Below are positions 1 to 9,197 of a stretch of DNA of 64,000 bases, in pieces (the first letter of the stretch is position 1; every line of letters starts with the position of its first letter). The stretch covers positions 1-64,000 of the forward strand of contig JAGVWC010000009.1 of NCBI GenBank assembly GCA_018304465.1, written 5' to 3'. The notes under the pieces are model-generated. The model searched no databases, was not told the origin of the DNA, and was given only the letters and a program-made list of their open reading frames with translations. Source of the stretch: Candidatus Iainarchaeum sp. (GTDB taxonomy: Archaea > Iainarchaeota > Iainarchaeia > Iainarchaeales > JAGVWC01). Made by a program: the position numbers and the translations under genes.

Positions 1-902
1 GGATGTGAATTTTGCGATCTCGAACGATTCGACTGCGCCGGTGACGACGGTGGATTATAATAATGCGTGGCAGAATGTGGATGCGAATGTGGTGTTGACG
101 TGTGTGGATCCGTCGGGTTGTTTGCTCACGCAGTTTCGTTTGGATTCGGATTCGTCTGATGTGGTTTTGATGGGTGGGTGGCAAACGTTTGATTCCAATA
201 TTTTGGTTTCGAGTGATGGGAATTGGGCGATTGATTTTAATTCGACGGATTTGGTTGGAAACCGTGAAACTACGAATCGGGTTTACGTTTTGATTGACAA
301 GTCGCTTCCGACGCTTAGTTTGACGGTGACGAGTGTGAAAACAGTGGGTTTGTCGGCGACGTTGTCGTTTTTGGGTTCGTCGGAAAGCGGGATTAAGAAG
401 TATTGGATTTCAAGTGATGGCGGTACAACGTATTCGGATAATGGAGAAAACGCGTCTTCGTGTCCTTTGGATTGTCCCAACGTTTGCGGGGATCGTGCGT
501 GCACGCATGTCGAAAACAGTTTTAGTTGTCCGTTCGACTGTGCAGTCGGTTGTGGAAACGGAATTTGTGATGTGAGAGAATCAAAACAAACCTGTCCGAG
601 GGACTGTGATCCACTGGGCGGACAAATTCCAAATGTGACGGTTCCGAGTCCCACGGGAAACCAAACCCCTGTGACCGTGCCGTTGACGCCGCAGAACAAG
701 GCGTGTGAAAGCGATTCCGATTGTGGAGTGTCAACTGCGTGTTCGATTGCAAGATGCATTCGCAATCAATGTTACGGCGGCCAATTGCCGGAAGGTGAAA
801 CAATTAAAACCGGTTTCCGAATCCGATCCCATACTTTGGGTTTCGATCGGCGTGATCATATTGGCGTTAGGCGCCATCGGATACGAATACTTCAAAAAAT
901 AG
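1..902 (+). CDS. C-terminal part of a secreted/surface protein (Ig-like DxTAP repeat, Cys-rich CGxxxC...CPxDC repeats, C-terminal TM anchor); frameshifted near 800
   Basis: The frame is open from the window edge and contains DSTAPVTT and the repeats CGDRACTHVENSFSCPFDC and CGNGICDVRESKQTCPRDC. The anchor ILWVSIGVIILALGAIGYEYFKK* lies in a different frame (705..902). Confidence 0.7.
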
Positions 903-992
903 TTTTCTTGGGTATTTAGACCGAGCGATGCCTAGTTATCTGTAATTTGCCGGGAAGGCAAAATCGAAAGAAAAGAAAAAAAGGGGAAAGAT

Positions 993-1301
993 TCACCCAA
1001 ACAGGGCGGACAATCCTTCCGCAGCGGCTTCTTCCGATTTTGCGGTGTCTTCCTCGGATTTTTCTTCCTTGGCTGCATTTCCACCGGCTTGTGCGACGGG
1101 CGCGGCTGCTACGGCAACCGGTGCAACGGACGCTGCTTTGATGGCTTCTTCGATGTTGACTTCTTTCAACGAAGCGACCAAGGCTTTTGCGCGTGCGGCA
1201 TCGGGCGTAACGCCTGCGGCCTTCAAGACTTCTTCGACTGCTTTTTCGCTGATGTCTTTTTTGGCGGAATGCAACAACATTGCTGCGTAGACGTACTCCA
1301 T
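993..1301 (-). CDS. rpl12: 50S ribosomal stalk protein L12 (aP1)
   Basis: Starts [11 protein letters not shown], has an Ala-rich hinge and ends [10 protein letters not shown]. Confidence 0.98.
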   Translation of the reverse strand: MEYVYAAMLLHSAKKDISEKAVEEVLKAAGVTPDAARAKALVASLKEVNIEEAIKAASVAPVAVAAAPVAQAGGNAAKEEKSEEDTAKSEEAAAEGLSALFG

Positions 1302-1327
1302 TCTTTCACCTCATTTTTGGATTAATC

Positions 1328-2188
1328 TTAAGCGCTCTCTTTTGCCGGTTCTTTGACACGGGCTTTGAGGGCGTTGGCTTGACGCTGGATTTTGGCTAAG
1401 ACGTCTCCGACGACTTCTTTTTCCAGCACATTTCCTTCAATGGCCACCGCTTTGGAATCGCGGACGGCTTTTTGGACGAACAGCGAAACGGTGTCTTTTG
1501 TGAAGTATTCGAGGTTCAAGGCCAAATTGAAGGCATGGAAATGCGCGATCTTGAAGTTTTCAAAGACCTGCACTTCGTCAATATCAAGGACCGATGGCTG
1601 GTAAACCATTTTGTTTTCCAGGACGGCAACTAAGTTCAGTCCGACTTCGATCGGTTTGATGTTGAGCTTGGACAAGGTCGCGGCTACCGGAGCGCTGATG
1701 GCGTCCCCTTTTTTGGCGACAATCGTGTCTTTTGAAACGTGAATGCTGGCACCCATCATTTTGACGGGCAGTCCCGCGGCTTTTAAGTCGCTTAGTGCGG
1801 GGCCTGGCGGCAAACCGGTGTCTCCGGCGGGGATCATGATGTCGACCGGCGCGATTTGTCCGGCGGAAGCCGTGGTTTTTCCCTTGTTTTTCTTCAAAAA
1901 CCCGTATAATTCAAACGGGTTCATGTCGGTAAAGATAATCGCGGTCATGTTGGCGACTTGGTTTTTGATTGCCGCGTCTTTTTTGCTTGAGTGCTCAAAT
2001 GCTTTTTTGATGACCTGGGTTTTGGAGACCTTGACCACGGCTTTTCCTTGGAGTTTTTTGCGGAGTTTTTGAAACAAGTCCGCGGGAAAATTTTGAATGT
2101 CCGCAAGCGCGATAATCGGGTATTTTTCAATGAGCGCGGTGATTTCTTTGGCTTGGGATTGCTTCCAGGGTAACGTGTGGTTGGTCAT
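1328..2188 (-). CDS. rpl10: 50S ribosomal protein L10 (P0)
   Basis: IPAGDTGLPPGPALS and LSKLNIKPIEVGL motifs; L1-L10-L12 gene order. Confidence 0.97.
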   Translation of the reverse strand: MTNHTLPWKQSQAKEITALIEKYPIIALADIQNFPADLFQKLRKKLQGKAVVKVSKTQVIKKAFEHSSKKDAAIKNQVANMTAIIFTDMNPFELYGFLKKNKGKTTASAGQIAPVDIMIPAGDTGLPPGPALSDLKAAGLPVKMMGASIHVSKDTIVAKKGDAISAPVAATLSKLNIKPIEVGLNLVAVLENKMVYQPSVLDIDEVQVFENFKIAHFHAFNLALNLEYFTKDTVSLFVQKAVRDSKAVAIEGNVLEKEVVGDVLAKIQRQANALKARVKEPAKESA

Positions 2189-2189
2189 T

Positions 2190-2855
2190 TTATTGTTTCA
2201 CCTCGTCGGTGATTTTCACGGGCGGGCCCATGGTTAATTTGATGATTAAGGATTTGATGTTTTGCTGTTTTCCGGGCAACGCATTCAAAAGGGTTTGATA
2301 AATCGCCCAGACATTGTCGGCCAAATCTTCGTTTTTGAATTCTTCGTTGCCGATCAAGGTGTGCACCATGGGCATGTTTTTTCCTTTTTTGTTGGAAATG
2401 CGAATGCTTCCTTTGACGGATTTCAACGCGTTTTCAATCGCTTCGACCGAAGGCGGAATCAATTTTGGCATTTTTCCTTTCGGAGCAAGCGAGGGACCCA
2501 ATACGCGTCCGACCGTCAGCATTGCGGGACCTTCCGCAAGAATTACGTCGTATTCGTCGCCGATTTTTCCGGCTTCTTTTTTGTCAAGCTTTGAAATTTC
2601 GGATTCCAATACCACGCGATGCGCTTTGGTTTTGGCTTTCGCGGCAAAATCCGTGTCTTTGGTAAAAACAATGACCTTGGTTTCGCTTTTTCCCGTGGAA
2701 TGCGGCAAGGCGACGTTGACGTCGATTTTGTTTTCGTTTTTCGAAAAATCCAAGCCCTGGAAATTCACGTATAATTCGACGGATTGCTTGAATTTGCGCG
2801 TCTTTGAACCCGATCGCATTTGCGCTAAAGCGTTGACAATCTGTTGCTTATCCAA
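2190..2855 (-). CDS. rpl1: 50S ribosomal protein L1
   Basis: RKFKQSVEL, LGPSLAPKGKMP and KLTMGPPVK motifs. The TTG start at 2855 follows a GGAGGT RBS, so the ORF-track extension to 3161 is spurious. Confidence 0.96.
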   Translation of the reverse strand: MDKQQIVNALAQMRSGSKTRKFKQSVELYVNFQGLDFSKNENKIDVNVALPHSTGKSETKVIVFTKDTDFAAKAKTKAHRVVLESEISKLDKKEAGKIGDEYDVILAEGPAMLTVGRVLGPSLAPKGKMPKLIPPSVEAIENALKSVKGSIRISNKKGKNMPMVHTLIGNEEFKNEDLADNVWAIYQTLLNALPGKQQNIKSLIIKLTMGPPVKITDEVKQ

Positions 2856-3037
2856 CGAAATTACCTCCCAGATGAACTGGTAGAACGGCGAAAAAACAGA
2901 CGAAAAACCCGTTTTTTTCGCAATATACCATTTTTCATTAAATAAAGTTTTTAAAGGAGTATCCTGGTTAATCCTCTCTACCGGACAAAATAATGGAAAT
3001 GCACCAATACGACACGGTGCGGAGAGCGAAATAAAGA

Positions 3038-3697
3038 ATGCCACAAAAAGAAATTTGGGGATTGCGGATCGAACCGGACCCGGTGATTCACAAACAAATG
3101 GTGGACCGGTCATTGGTGGCAGAAGAAGTGAAAGCAAGGACAAAAACAATTCCGCAGACAAAAACTATTTATTATAGGGCTACAGTTTCTCGATTCAAAA
3201 AAGGAGATAATAAAGAAGGAGTATTTTTTGTAACCAATCCCGCGTTGAGGCAGTTTCTGGAAAAAAACCCGTTGCCGGAAGAAACCGTTTTGGGGAATAT
3301 TGATGTGAACATCGAGTCACAGTCAAAAAAAATCCTGATTGACTACTATTACCCCTACCTGTATGTGCATCACATCGGGCAAATCTTTGGCAAACAGTCC
3401 AATGCATTAGAAGAATTTGGACTGGCAAGCGCTATTGACTATCAACTGCTTTCTTATTGTGCAAAAAAATTTCCTGGTTTTTTGATAAAAACTGACAATC
3501 CCACGCAACACCGAAGACAGCAGCTCAGTCATCAAAAATTACCCGAAAACGATTGGGTTCCAGTAGAAACTGCATTTAGAAAAGTGCGGGATTACGTGGC
3601 AAACGGCATGCGTAAAATCCGTGGCAAAAAACCAGTCGGAAGAATCCGACAAACCATGCAAAGGAGCATTCGAAAAATCCGTTCCGCCGCAAAGTGA
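3038..3697 (+). CDS. hypothetical basic protein (possible degenerate GNAT-like fold)
   Basis: 219-aa ORF filling the rpl1-rpl11 gap, with a Lys/Arg-rich C-terminus. FGLASAIDYQLLSYC weakly resembles GNAT motif A. Confidence 0.6.
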   Translation: MPQKEIWGLRIEPDPVIHKQMVDRSLVAEEVKARTKTIPQTKTIYYRATVSRFKKGDNKEGVFFVTNPALRQFLEKNPLPEETVLGNIDVNIESQSKKILIDYYYPYLYVHHIGQIFGKQSNALEEFGLASAIDYQLLSYCAKKFPGFLIKTDNPTQHRRQQLSHQKLPENDWVPVETAFRKVRDYVANGMRKIRGKKPVGRIRQTMQRSIRKIRSAAK

Positions 3698-4056
3698 AGG
3701 TAAACGGAACAAGCAATAAAAAAAAATCTTGCATGGAGAAAAAAAACGTTTTTCCCGTCACGGGATGGTCAAACCGCTTGCCGGTCAAGAAAGCGTCGCA
3801 GGATTTGGTGATAATCGAGAATTTTCCGGTCATGGGATTTGACGAGTACCCGCAAATGGGTTCTGAAATAAAACGGGTATTAAAACCGTCACCGGAATCA
3901 AAAGTGATTTTTATCGCGGGTTTTCAAAACGCGATGCAGGAAGGAATCACGCGGAATTTTTGGGAACACGCGGGGTTCGTGGTGTCGAACCAGCAAAAAA
4001 TCCCGTTACCCGGAATGGTCACCGTGTTTTGGACGCTTCGGTTTGGTCAAAATTGA
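3694..4056 (+). CDS. hypothetical protein resembling the C-terminal half of a class I SAM methyltransferase (possible fragment)
   Basis: LPVKKASQDLVI and EIKRVLKP resemble Methyltransf_11 motifs, but there is no GxGxG motif I. Confidence 0.45.
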   Translation: MKVNGTSNKKKSCMEKKNVFPVTGWSNRLPVKKASQDLVIIENFPVMGFDEYPQMGSEIKRVLKPSPESKVIFIAGFQNAMQEGITRNFWEHAGFVVSNQQKIPLPGMVTVFWTLRFGQN

Positions 4057-4076
4057 AAAATAAAAAGAAACAGGAA

Positions 4077-4553
4077 TTATTTTTTCGGAAAAAACGCGGG
4101 AAATTTTCCGGCTTCCACGTCTTTGAGGGTGTCTTTGGCGCGTTTGCCTTCGACGTAAACGCCCATGGAGTCGCAGGTTCCCATGACTTCTTTCATCGCT
4201 TTGGGAAGCAGGTACGAATTCATTTTGTCGATTTTCATTTCCGCGATTTTTTTGACTTGCTCCATTTTTAGGTCGCCTTTGTTTTCCGTTTTTGGGTTCG
4301 CGGCCGCGGTTTCTATCCCGAGTTCTTTTTTGATGATCGCGCTGGTGGGCGGTGAACCGACTTCGATTTCCACGTTTTTCTTGGAATCGACGATGATTTT
4401 AACGGGCACTTTCATGCCGGCGAAGCTTTTGGTTTGCGCGTTGATTTTTTCAACGACGGAAACGATGTTGACGCCAAGGGGTCCCAATGCGGGTCCAAGC
4501 GGTGCGGCGGGAGTTGCTTTTCCGGCATCAACCATTACTTTTATTTCGGCCAT
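4077..4553 (-). CDS. rpl11: 50S ribosomal protein L11
   Basis: GKATPAAPLGPALGPLGVN and GMKVPVKI motifs. Confidence 0.98.
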   Translation of the reverse strand: MAEIKVMVDAGKATPAAPLGPALGPLGVNIVSVVEKINAQTKSFAGMKVPVKIIVDSKKNVEIEVGSPPTSAIIKKELGIETAAANPKTENKGDLKMEQVKKIAEMKIDKMNSYLLPKAMKEVMGTCDSMGVYVEGKRAKDTLKDVEAGKFPAFFPKK

Positions 4554-4575
4554 GTGAATTTCTCCTTTTCAAAAA

Positions 4576-5016
4576 TTATTCTTTTAGTACGCGGATGTTT
4601 TCCGCTTTGAGCGTGAGCGGGATTTTGACGGCGGCTTCAAGCAGTTCGACCGTGACTTCTTCTTTGGTCGGGTTTACGCGAAGCACTCTTGCGCGTTCGC
4701 CTTTGAATGCGCCGGAGACGATTTCGACTTTGTCGCCTTCGTTAAAGCTTTTCATGAGTGATTTTGCTTCAAGGACGGTCGTGAGTTCGTCTAATTTGAC
4801 TTCTCCGCCGACGATTCCTTTTCCTTTGACCTGCGAAATGTTCGAAATGGCGCGGCGAACCGTGAGTTCGTTGTCGGCTTCAATGAGCACGTATCCTTTC
4901 CAGGTTGGAACGACGGCTAAAGAATAGACGCCGAGTTGTTCGCGTTCGACTTTTCTCGCCAAAATATCCACGACAAGGGCTTCTTGTCCTACCGTGGTTC
5001 GAAGCATGTAAATCAA
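4576..5016 (-). CDS. spt5: transcription elongation factor Spt5/NusG
   Basis: IYMLRTTVGQE, KGYVLIEA and KOW motif GDKVEIVSGAFKGERARV. Likely TTG start at 5016 after GGTGA. Confidence 0.96.
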   Translation of the reverse strand: MIYMLRTTVGQEALVVDILARKVEREQLGVYSLAVVPTWKGYVLIEADNELTVRRAISNISQVKGKGIVGGEVKLDELTTVLEAKSLMKSFNEGDKVEIVSGAFKGERARVLRVNPTKEEVTVELLEAAVKIPLTLKAENIRVLKE

Positions 5017-5161
5017 TGGGTTCACCTACGTATCAATATTCTCTGATTAGGAATGCGTGTACTAAAAAAGAGAATATTATTTATTGGCTGAAAAAAACTT
5101 TAAAAAACCACTGTTAGGCCCGTTTTTCGGATTTTGGGGTTAAAACCGGTTCTTTTGGGGT

Positions 5162-5347
5162 TTATGCACCGATTTTAAGCAATGCAAAAACCATTAAGAC
5201 AATGAACCCGATGACTCCGATCAATACGATGCCGACGCCGGTGACCTTCGCCATTTCGTTGTATTCGGTGGCCGTGGGTTTTTTGCTGACCGTGAGTATT
5301 CTTTTGGTGGACTCGATGAAATCTTGAATGGATTCGCCAATATTCAT
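5162..5347 (-). CDS. secE: protein translocase SecE/Sec61-gamma
   Basis: RILTVSKKPTATEY plus one TM helix; ftsZ-secE-spt5 synteny. Confidence 0.95.
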   Translation of the reverse strand: MNIGESIQDFIESTKRILTVSKKPTATEYNEMAKVTGVGIVLIGVIGFIVLMVFALLKIGA

Positions 5348-5360
5348 TTGTGATTCTCCT

Positions 5361-6488
5361 TTAACCTGAAAAGTCGATTCCTAAATCGACTTCGCTTTCG
5401 CCGCGGTTTGACAATAATTCTTTGTTTCCGTCCAAGTACGGGAATCGTCCGCCGGCGATTACGACCATGGCCTGGATTTTTTTCTTGTCCAATTTGTCGT
5501 CGATCATGGCTCCCCAGATAATGTGGGCGTTTGGATGAATTTTGGATGAAACGGTTTCAACGATCATTTCGGCTTCGCGTAACGTCATGTCGGTTCCGCC
5601 GACCACGTTGATGAGCGAGCGGCTGGCTTCGGAAATATCGATGTCAAGCAAAGGCGAGGTTAACGCGTTTTCGACGGCTTCCAACGCGCGCGCTTCGGAG
5701 GCTTGTTCGTTATGGCTTTCGCCTAGTCCGATCATGGCGGCTCCGCCTTTTTCAAGAATCGTTCGCAAGTCGGCAAAGTCCAGGTTGATCAATCCGGGTT
5801 TGGTAACCATTTCGGTGATTCCTTTGACAGCGTTCGTAAGCACTTCGTCCGCGACTTTAAACGCCGCGTTTAACGGCAAGTCCGGCGCGATTTCAAGTAC
5901 TTTGTCGTTTGGGATCACGATGATGGTATCGGCCCATTTACGCATTTTTTCGAGTCCGTCCATCGCGTTTTCCATTCTTTTTTTTCCTTCGACGGTAAAC
6001 GGGATTGTGACGACGGCAACGGTCAAAGCGTTGAGTTCTTCTTTGGCCATTTGCGCGATGTATGGCGCGGCTCCGGTTCCGGTTCCTCCGCCCATTCCGC
6101 ACGTGATAAAAACCAGATCGCAGTTTTCCAGTTCGTCAAGCAATTCGATTTCGGATTCTTGCGCCGCGCGTTCTCCGACCGCCGGATTGGATCCGGATCC
6201 GAGTCCACGGGTGAGTTGTTGACCAATCAGCATTTTTTTGTCCGCAGTACAGGAAAGAAGGTCTTGGGCATCGGTGTTAACCGCAATGGTTTGCGCGCCG
6301 TGGATTCCGACTTCGCTCATGCGTTCAACCGTGTTGCATCCGCCGCCGCCAACGCCAACGACTTTGATCCGAGCCTGGCTTGCTTCCAGCAGTTTGACCA
6401 GTTCTTCGTCGTTTAACTGGGCTTTTTTCGGACCCGTTGCTGGCAGGGTTTTGGCGCGTTTAACGGCGTTAAGTACAACATCTCTCAC
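5361..6488 (-). CDS. ftsZ: cell division protein FtsZ
   Basis: VGVGGGGCN, GMGGGTGTG and INLDFADL motifs. Confidence 0.99.
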   Translation of the reverse strand: MRDVVLNAVKRAKTLPATGPKKAQLNDEELVKLLEASQARIKVVGVGGGGCNTVERMSEVGIHGAQTIAVNTDAQDLLSCTADKKMLIGQQLTRGLGSGSNPAVGERAAQESEIELLDELENCDLVFITCGMGGGTGTGAAPYIAQMAKEELNALTVAVVTIPFTVEGKKRMENAMDGLEKMRKWADTIIVIPNDKVLEIAPDLPLNAAFKVADEVLTNAVKGITEMVTKPGLINLDFADLRTILEKGGAAMIGLGESHNEQASEARALEAVENALTSPLLDIDISEASRSLINVVGGTDMTLREAEMIVETVSSKIHPNAHIIWGAMIDDKLDKKKIQAMVVIAGGRFPYLDGNKELLSNRGESEVDLGIDFSG

Positions 6489-6654
6489 AAAGACACCTCA
6501 AATGGTTTCAATAGTTTTATTAATTTCAAACTCTTTCTTATTTAAATTAGCAATTAATCCCAACATACTAGCATATACTGCGGCAAATTCAATTTAAAAA
6601 ACTTGTCCGCAAAACCCCAAAGACCCCTAAAAAACCCAAGAAAAGGCCGTTTAC

Positions 6655-7623
6655 ATGAACCCAAAGACCGCCGGAATTATTCGCGATATTCGCGCCGTCC
6701 GAATTCAGGGCGCAAGCCAAGTGCGGCACGCCGCAGTGAATGCGTTGTTATCCACGAGCCGGCAATCGAAAGCCAAAACCATGACCGCGTTTCGCGAAGA
6801 AATCGAAAAAACCGCGTTTGAACTGGTGAAAAGCCGTCCGACAGAACCGGGGTTGCGAACCGTGGTTCGCGTGTTGCTCGACGGCGCTTTCGGGTTTTCG
6901 AATGTTTCCGAAGCAAAAGAACAGCTGGTCAAAAAATGCCGCGAGTACGAAAAAAAACGCGAGGAAAACCTCAAGGCGATCCGGGAAATCGGAGCGCGCT
7001 TGTTTCCGAAAAACAGCACGGTGTTGACGCATTGCCATTCGCATACCGTGGAAGCGATTTTGATCAAAGCCAAAAAAAACATTGATACGGTGTATTGCAC
7101 CGAGACGCGGCCTTTGTTTCAGGGACGCATTACCGCGACGAATCTTTCGAAAGCGGGTTTGAACGTGGTTCAGATCGTGGACAGCGGCAGTTTTTCGGTG
7201 TTAAAAGAAAGCGATTTTTTCCTAACGGGCGCGGACGCGGTGCTGGCCAACGGAAACGTGGTCAACAAAGTGGGAACCGCATTGATTTCGCTTGCGGCAA
7301 AACGCTTCGGAACTCCCCACTATGTCGCGACTTCGACGTATTCGTTTGATCCGCTGAATTTTTTCGGCTGGCCCGAACCGATCGAAGAGCGAAGCACGTC
7401 CGAAGTGTGGCCGAAAAAACCGGCGCGAGTAAAAATCAAAAACCCGGCGTTCGACGTCACCGAAGCCGAATTGATCGCGGGAATCATTTGCGAAAAAGGC
7501 TTGCTGGCGCCTTCGGGATTTGCCGAAAAAATGATCGCGGAAATGGATTTGATCAATCATAAAAAAGAGTTTTTGGAAGGAATGAATCAAGCGGCTTTGC
7601 CGAAAAAAGCCGGAAAAAAATGA
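6655..7623 (+). CDS. ribose-1,5-bisphosphate isomerase (eIF2B-like family)
   Basis: RIQGA, SRPTEP, catalytic THCHS, ETRP, GADAV, NKVGT and NPAFDVT motifs; adjacent to AMP phosphorylase. Confidence 0.9.
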   Translation: MNPKTAGIIRDIRAVRIQGASQVRHAAVNALLSTSRQSKAKTMTAFREEIEKTAFELVKSRPTEPGLRTVVRVLLDGAFGFSNVSEAKEQLVKKCREYEKKREENLKAIREIGARLFPKNSTVLTHCHSHTVEAILIKAKKNIDTVYCTETRPLFQGRITATNLSKAGLNVVQIVDSGSFSVLKESDFFLTGADAVLANGNVVNKVGTALISLAAKRFGTPHYVATSTYSFDPLNFFGWPEPIEERSTSEVWPKKPARVKIKNPAFDVTEAELIAGIICEKGLLAPSGFAEKMIAEMDLINHKKEFLEGMNQAALPKKAGKK

Positions 7624-7637
7624 AACGGGTGTTTTGA

Positions 7638-9191
7638 ATGGAAGAACCGAATGATGACATGAACAAGACCGCGACGGAATATTCGCAGAAAATGGGCGTC
7701 AAGATTTTTGATATTGAATCCAAAGCATTGATTTCGATTCTTCACGAAAAAGACGCGCGCGAACTGGGTGTTTTTCCGCTCGAGCGGATCGAATTGGTGT
7801 GTCCGCGAACGAAAAAACGCGTCGTGACCGTGATTGACACGACCAAGTCCATGGTGAAAATCGATCAGATCGGAATTTTCAAGGACGTGCAAAAAATCCT
7901 GGGATTAAAAGAAGACGACGAACTCATGGTTTCGCCGTCGCTTCAGCCGGAAAGCGTTCGCTTCATCAAGAAAAAATTGCGCGGGCTCGAATTGACTCCC
8001 GTTGAGATTACCGCGATCGTGAACGACATCGCGCAAAACCGCGTGAGCGAAATCGAAGCCAGCGCGTTCATGGCGGCAGTGTATATTCACGGAAACACTT
8101 TGCCCGAAATCGTGGCCATGACCAAAGCATTGGCGAATGGCGGGGAACGATTGCAATTGAGCAAAACCCCTGTGGTTGACAAGCATTCGATCGGAGGAAT
8201 CAATGGCCGTGTCACCCTGGTGCTGGTGCCGATCATGGCTTCGGCGGGCGTGTACATCCCTAAAACCGCGTCGCGAAGCATTACGAGCGCTGCCGGAACC
8301 GCGGACGCCATGGAAGTACTTGCCGACGTGGAATTGTCGGTCGCACAAATCAAACAGATCACCGAAAAAATCGGTGGTGTTATTTGCTGGGGCGGCGGCG
8401 TGGAACTGGCTCCAGGCGACGACAAAATCATCAAAATCGAGCATCCGTTGTCGCTGGATCCGGAAGGACAAGTCATTGCGTCCGTGATGGCCAAGAAATT
8501 CGCGGTAGGCGCGAAATATTTGATCATTGATATTCCGGTAGGGCCCGACATGAAAGTGGATAACCGCGAAAAAGCCGAAGCCATGGCCAAACGATTCGTT
8601 GAAGTCGGAAAAAGACTCGGAATGAAAGTCGAAGTCGCGTTAACCGACGGAACGGAACCGTTGGGCCGCGCGTTTGGCCCGGCGCTCGAAGCCAAATATG
8701 CATTGGAAACACTTGAAGGAAAACGGTTTGACAACTTGGGGGAAAAAGCGTGCGAACTCGCGGGATTGTTGTTAGAGTTGTGCGGCAAGGCCCCGAAGAA
8801 AAAAGGAAAAATCATGGCCAAAAACATTTTGCAGAGCCGAAAAGCCCATAAAAAAATGCTTGAGATTCTGAAAGCCCAAAACGGAAAAGTGTTTTCGTCG
8901 GAAAAAGTTCCGATGGCAAAACTCAAAGCAACCGTGATCGCGCAAGGCGACGGCGTCATCGCGAACATGAACGTGAAGCGGTTGGTGGAAGTCGCACGCA
9001 TCGCCGGAGCCCCGGGAGACGCCCAAGCCGGCGTCTTGCTGTTAGTTGAAAAAGGAAACACGGTTGTCAAAGGCCAGGGATTGATGGAAATTTATTCGAA
9101 CAACAAGCAAAAACTGGATTTGGCCAAAAAATACGCGTTGGAGTCAAGCGGTTTGGAACCGCAGCAATTGATTCTGCAGGAAATCATGTAA
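7638..9191 (+). CDS. AMP phosphorylase (thymidine phosphorylase family)
   Basis: VDKHSIGG, PKTASRSITSAAGTADAMEVL, IEHPLSLDP and SVMAKK motifs, plus the extra N-terminal domain. Confidence 0.93.
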   Translation: MEEPNDDMNKTATEYSQKMGVKIFDIESKALISILHEKDARELGVFPLERIELVCPRTKKRVVTVIDTTKSMVKIDQIGIFKDVQKILGLKEDDELMVSPSLQPESVRFIKKKLRGLELTPVEITAIVNDIAQNRVSEIEASAFMAAVYIHGNTLPEIVAMTKALANGGERLQLSKTPVVDKHSIGGINGRVTLVLVPIMASAGVYIPKTASRSITSAAGTADAMEVLADVELSVAQIKQITEKIGGVICWGGGVELAPGDDKIIKIEHPLSLDPEGQVIASVMAKKFAVGAKYLIIDIPVGPDMKVDNREKAEAMAKRFVEVGKRLGMKVEVALTDGTEPLGRAFGPALEAKYALETLEGKRFDNLGEKACELAGLLLELCGKAPKKKGKIMAKNILQSRKAHKKMLEILKAQNGKVFSSEKVPMAKLKATVIAQGDGVIANMNVKRLVEVARIAGAPGDAQAGVLLLVEKGNTVVKGQGLMEIYSNNKQKLDLAKKYALESSGLEPQQLILQEIM

Positions 9192-9197
9192 AAAGAT

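Noticed and set aside
2856-3161. 100-aa N-terminal extension of L1 in the ORF track
   Set aside because: The real start is TTG at 2855 with an RBS; the extension overlaps an opposite-strand ORF and looks non-coding.
6655-7623. Annotation as translation factor eIF2B or MtnA
   Set aside because: The THCHS motif and adjacency to AMP phosphorylase favour R15P isomerase.
8087-9070. Long antisense ORFs (also 5542-6222, 15165-16136, 45732-46436, 56428-57096)
   Set aside because: They are shadows of well-supported genes on the other strand and carry no motifs.
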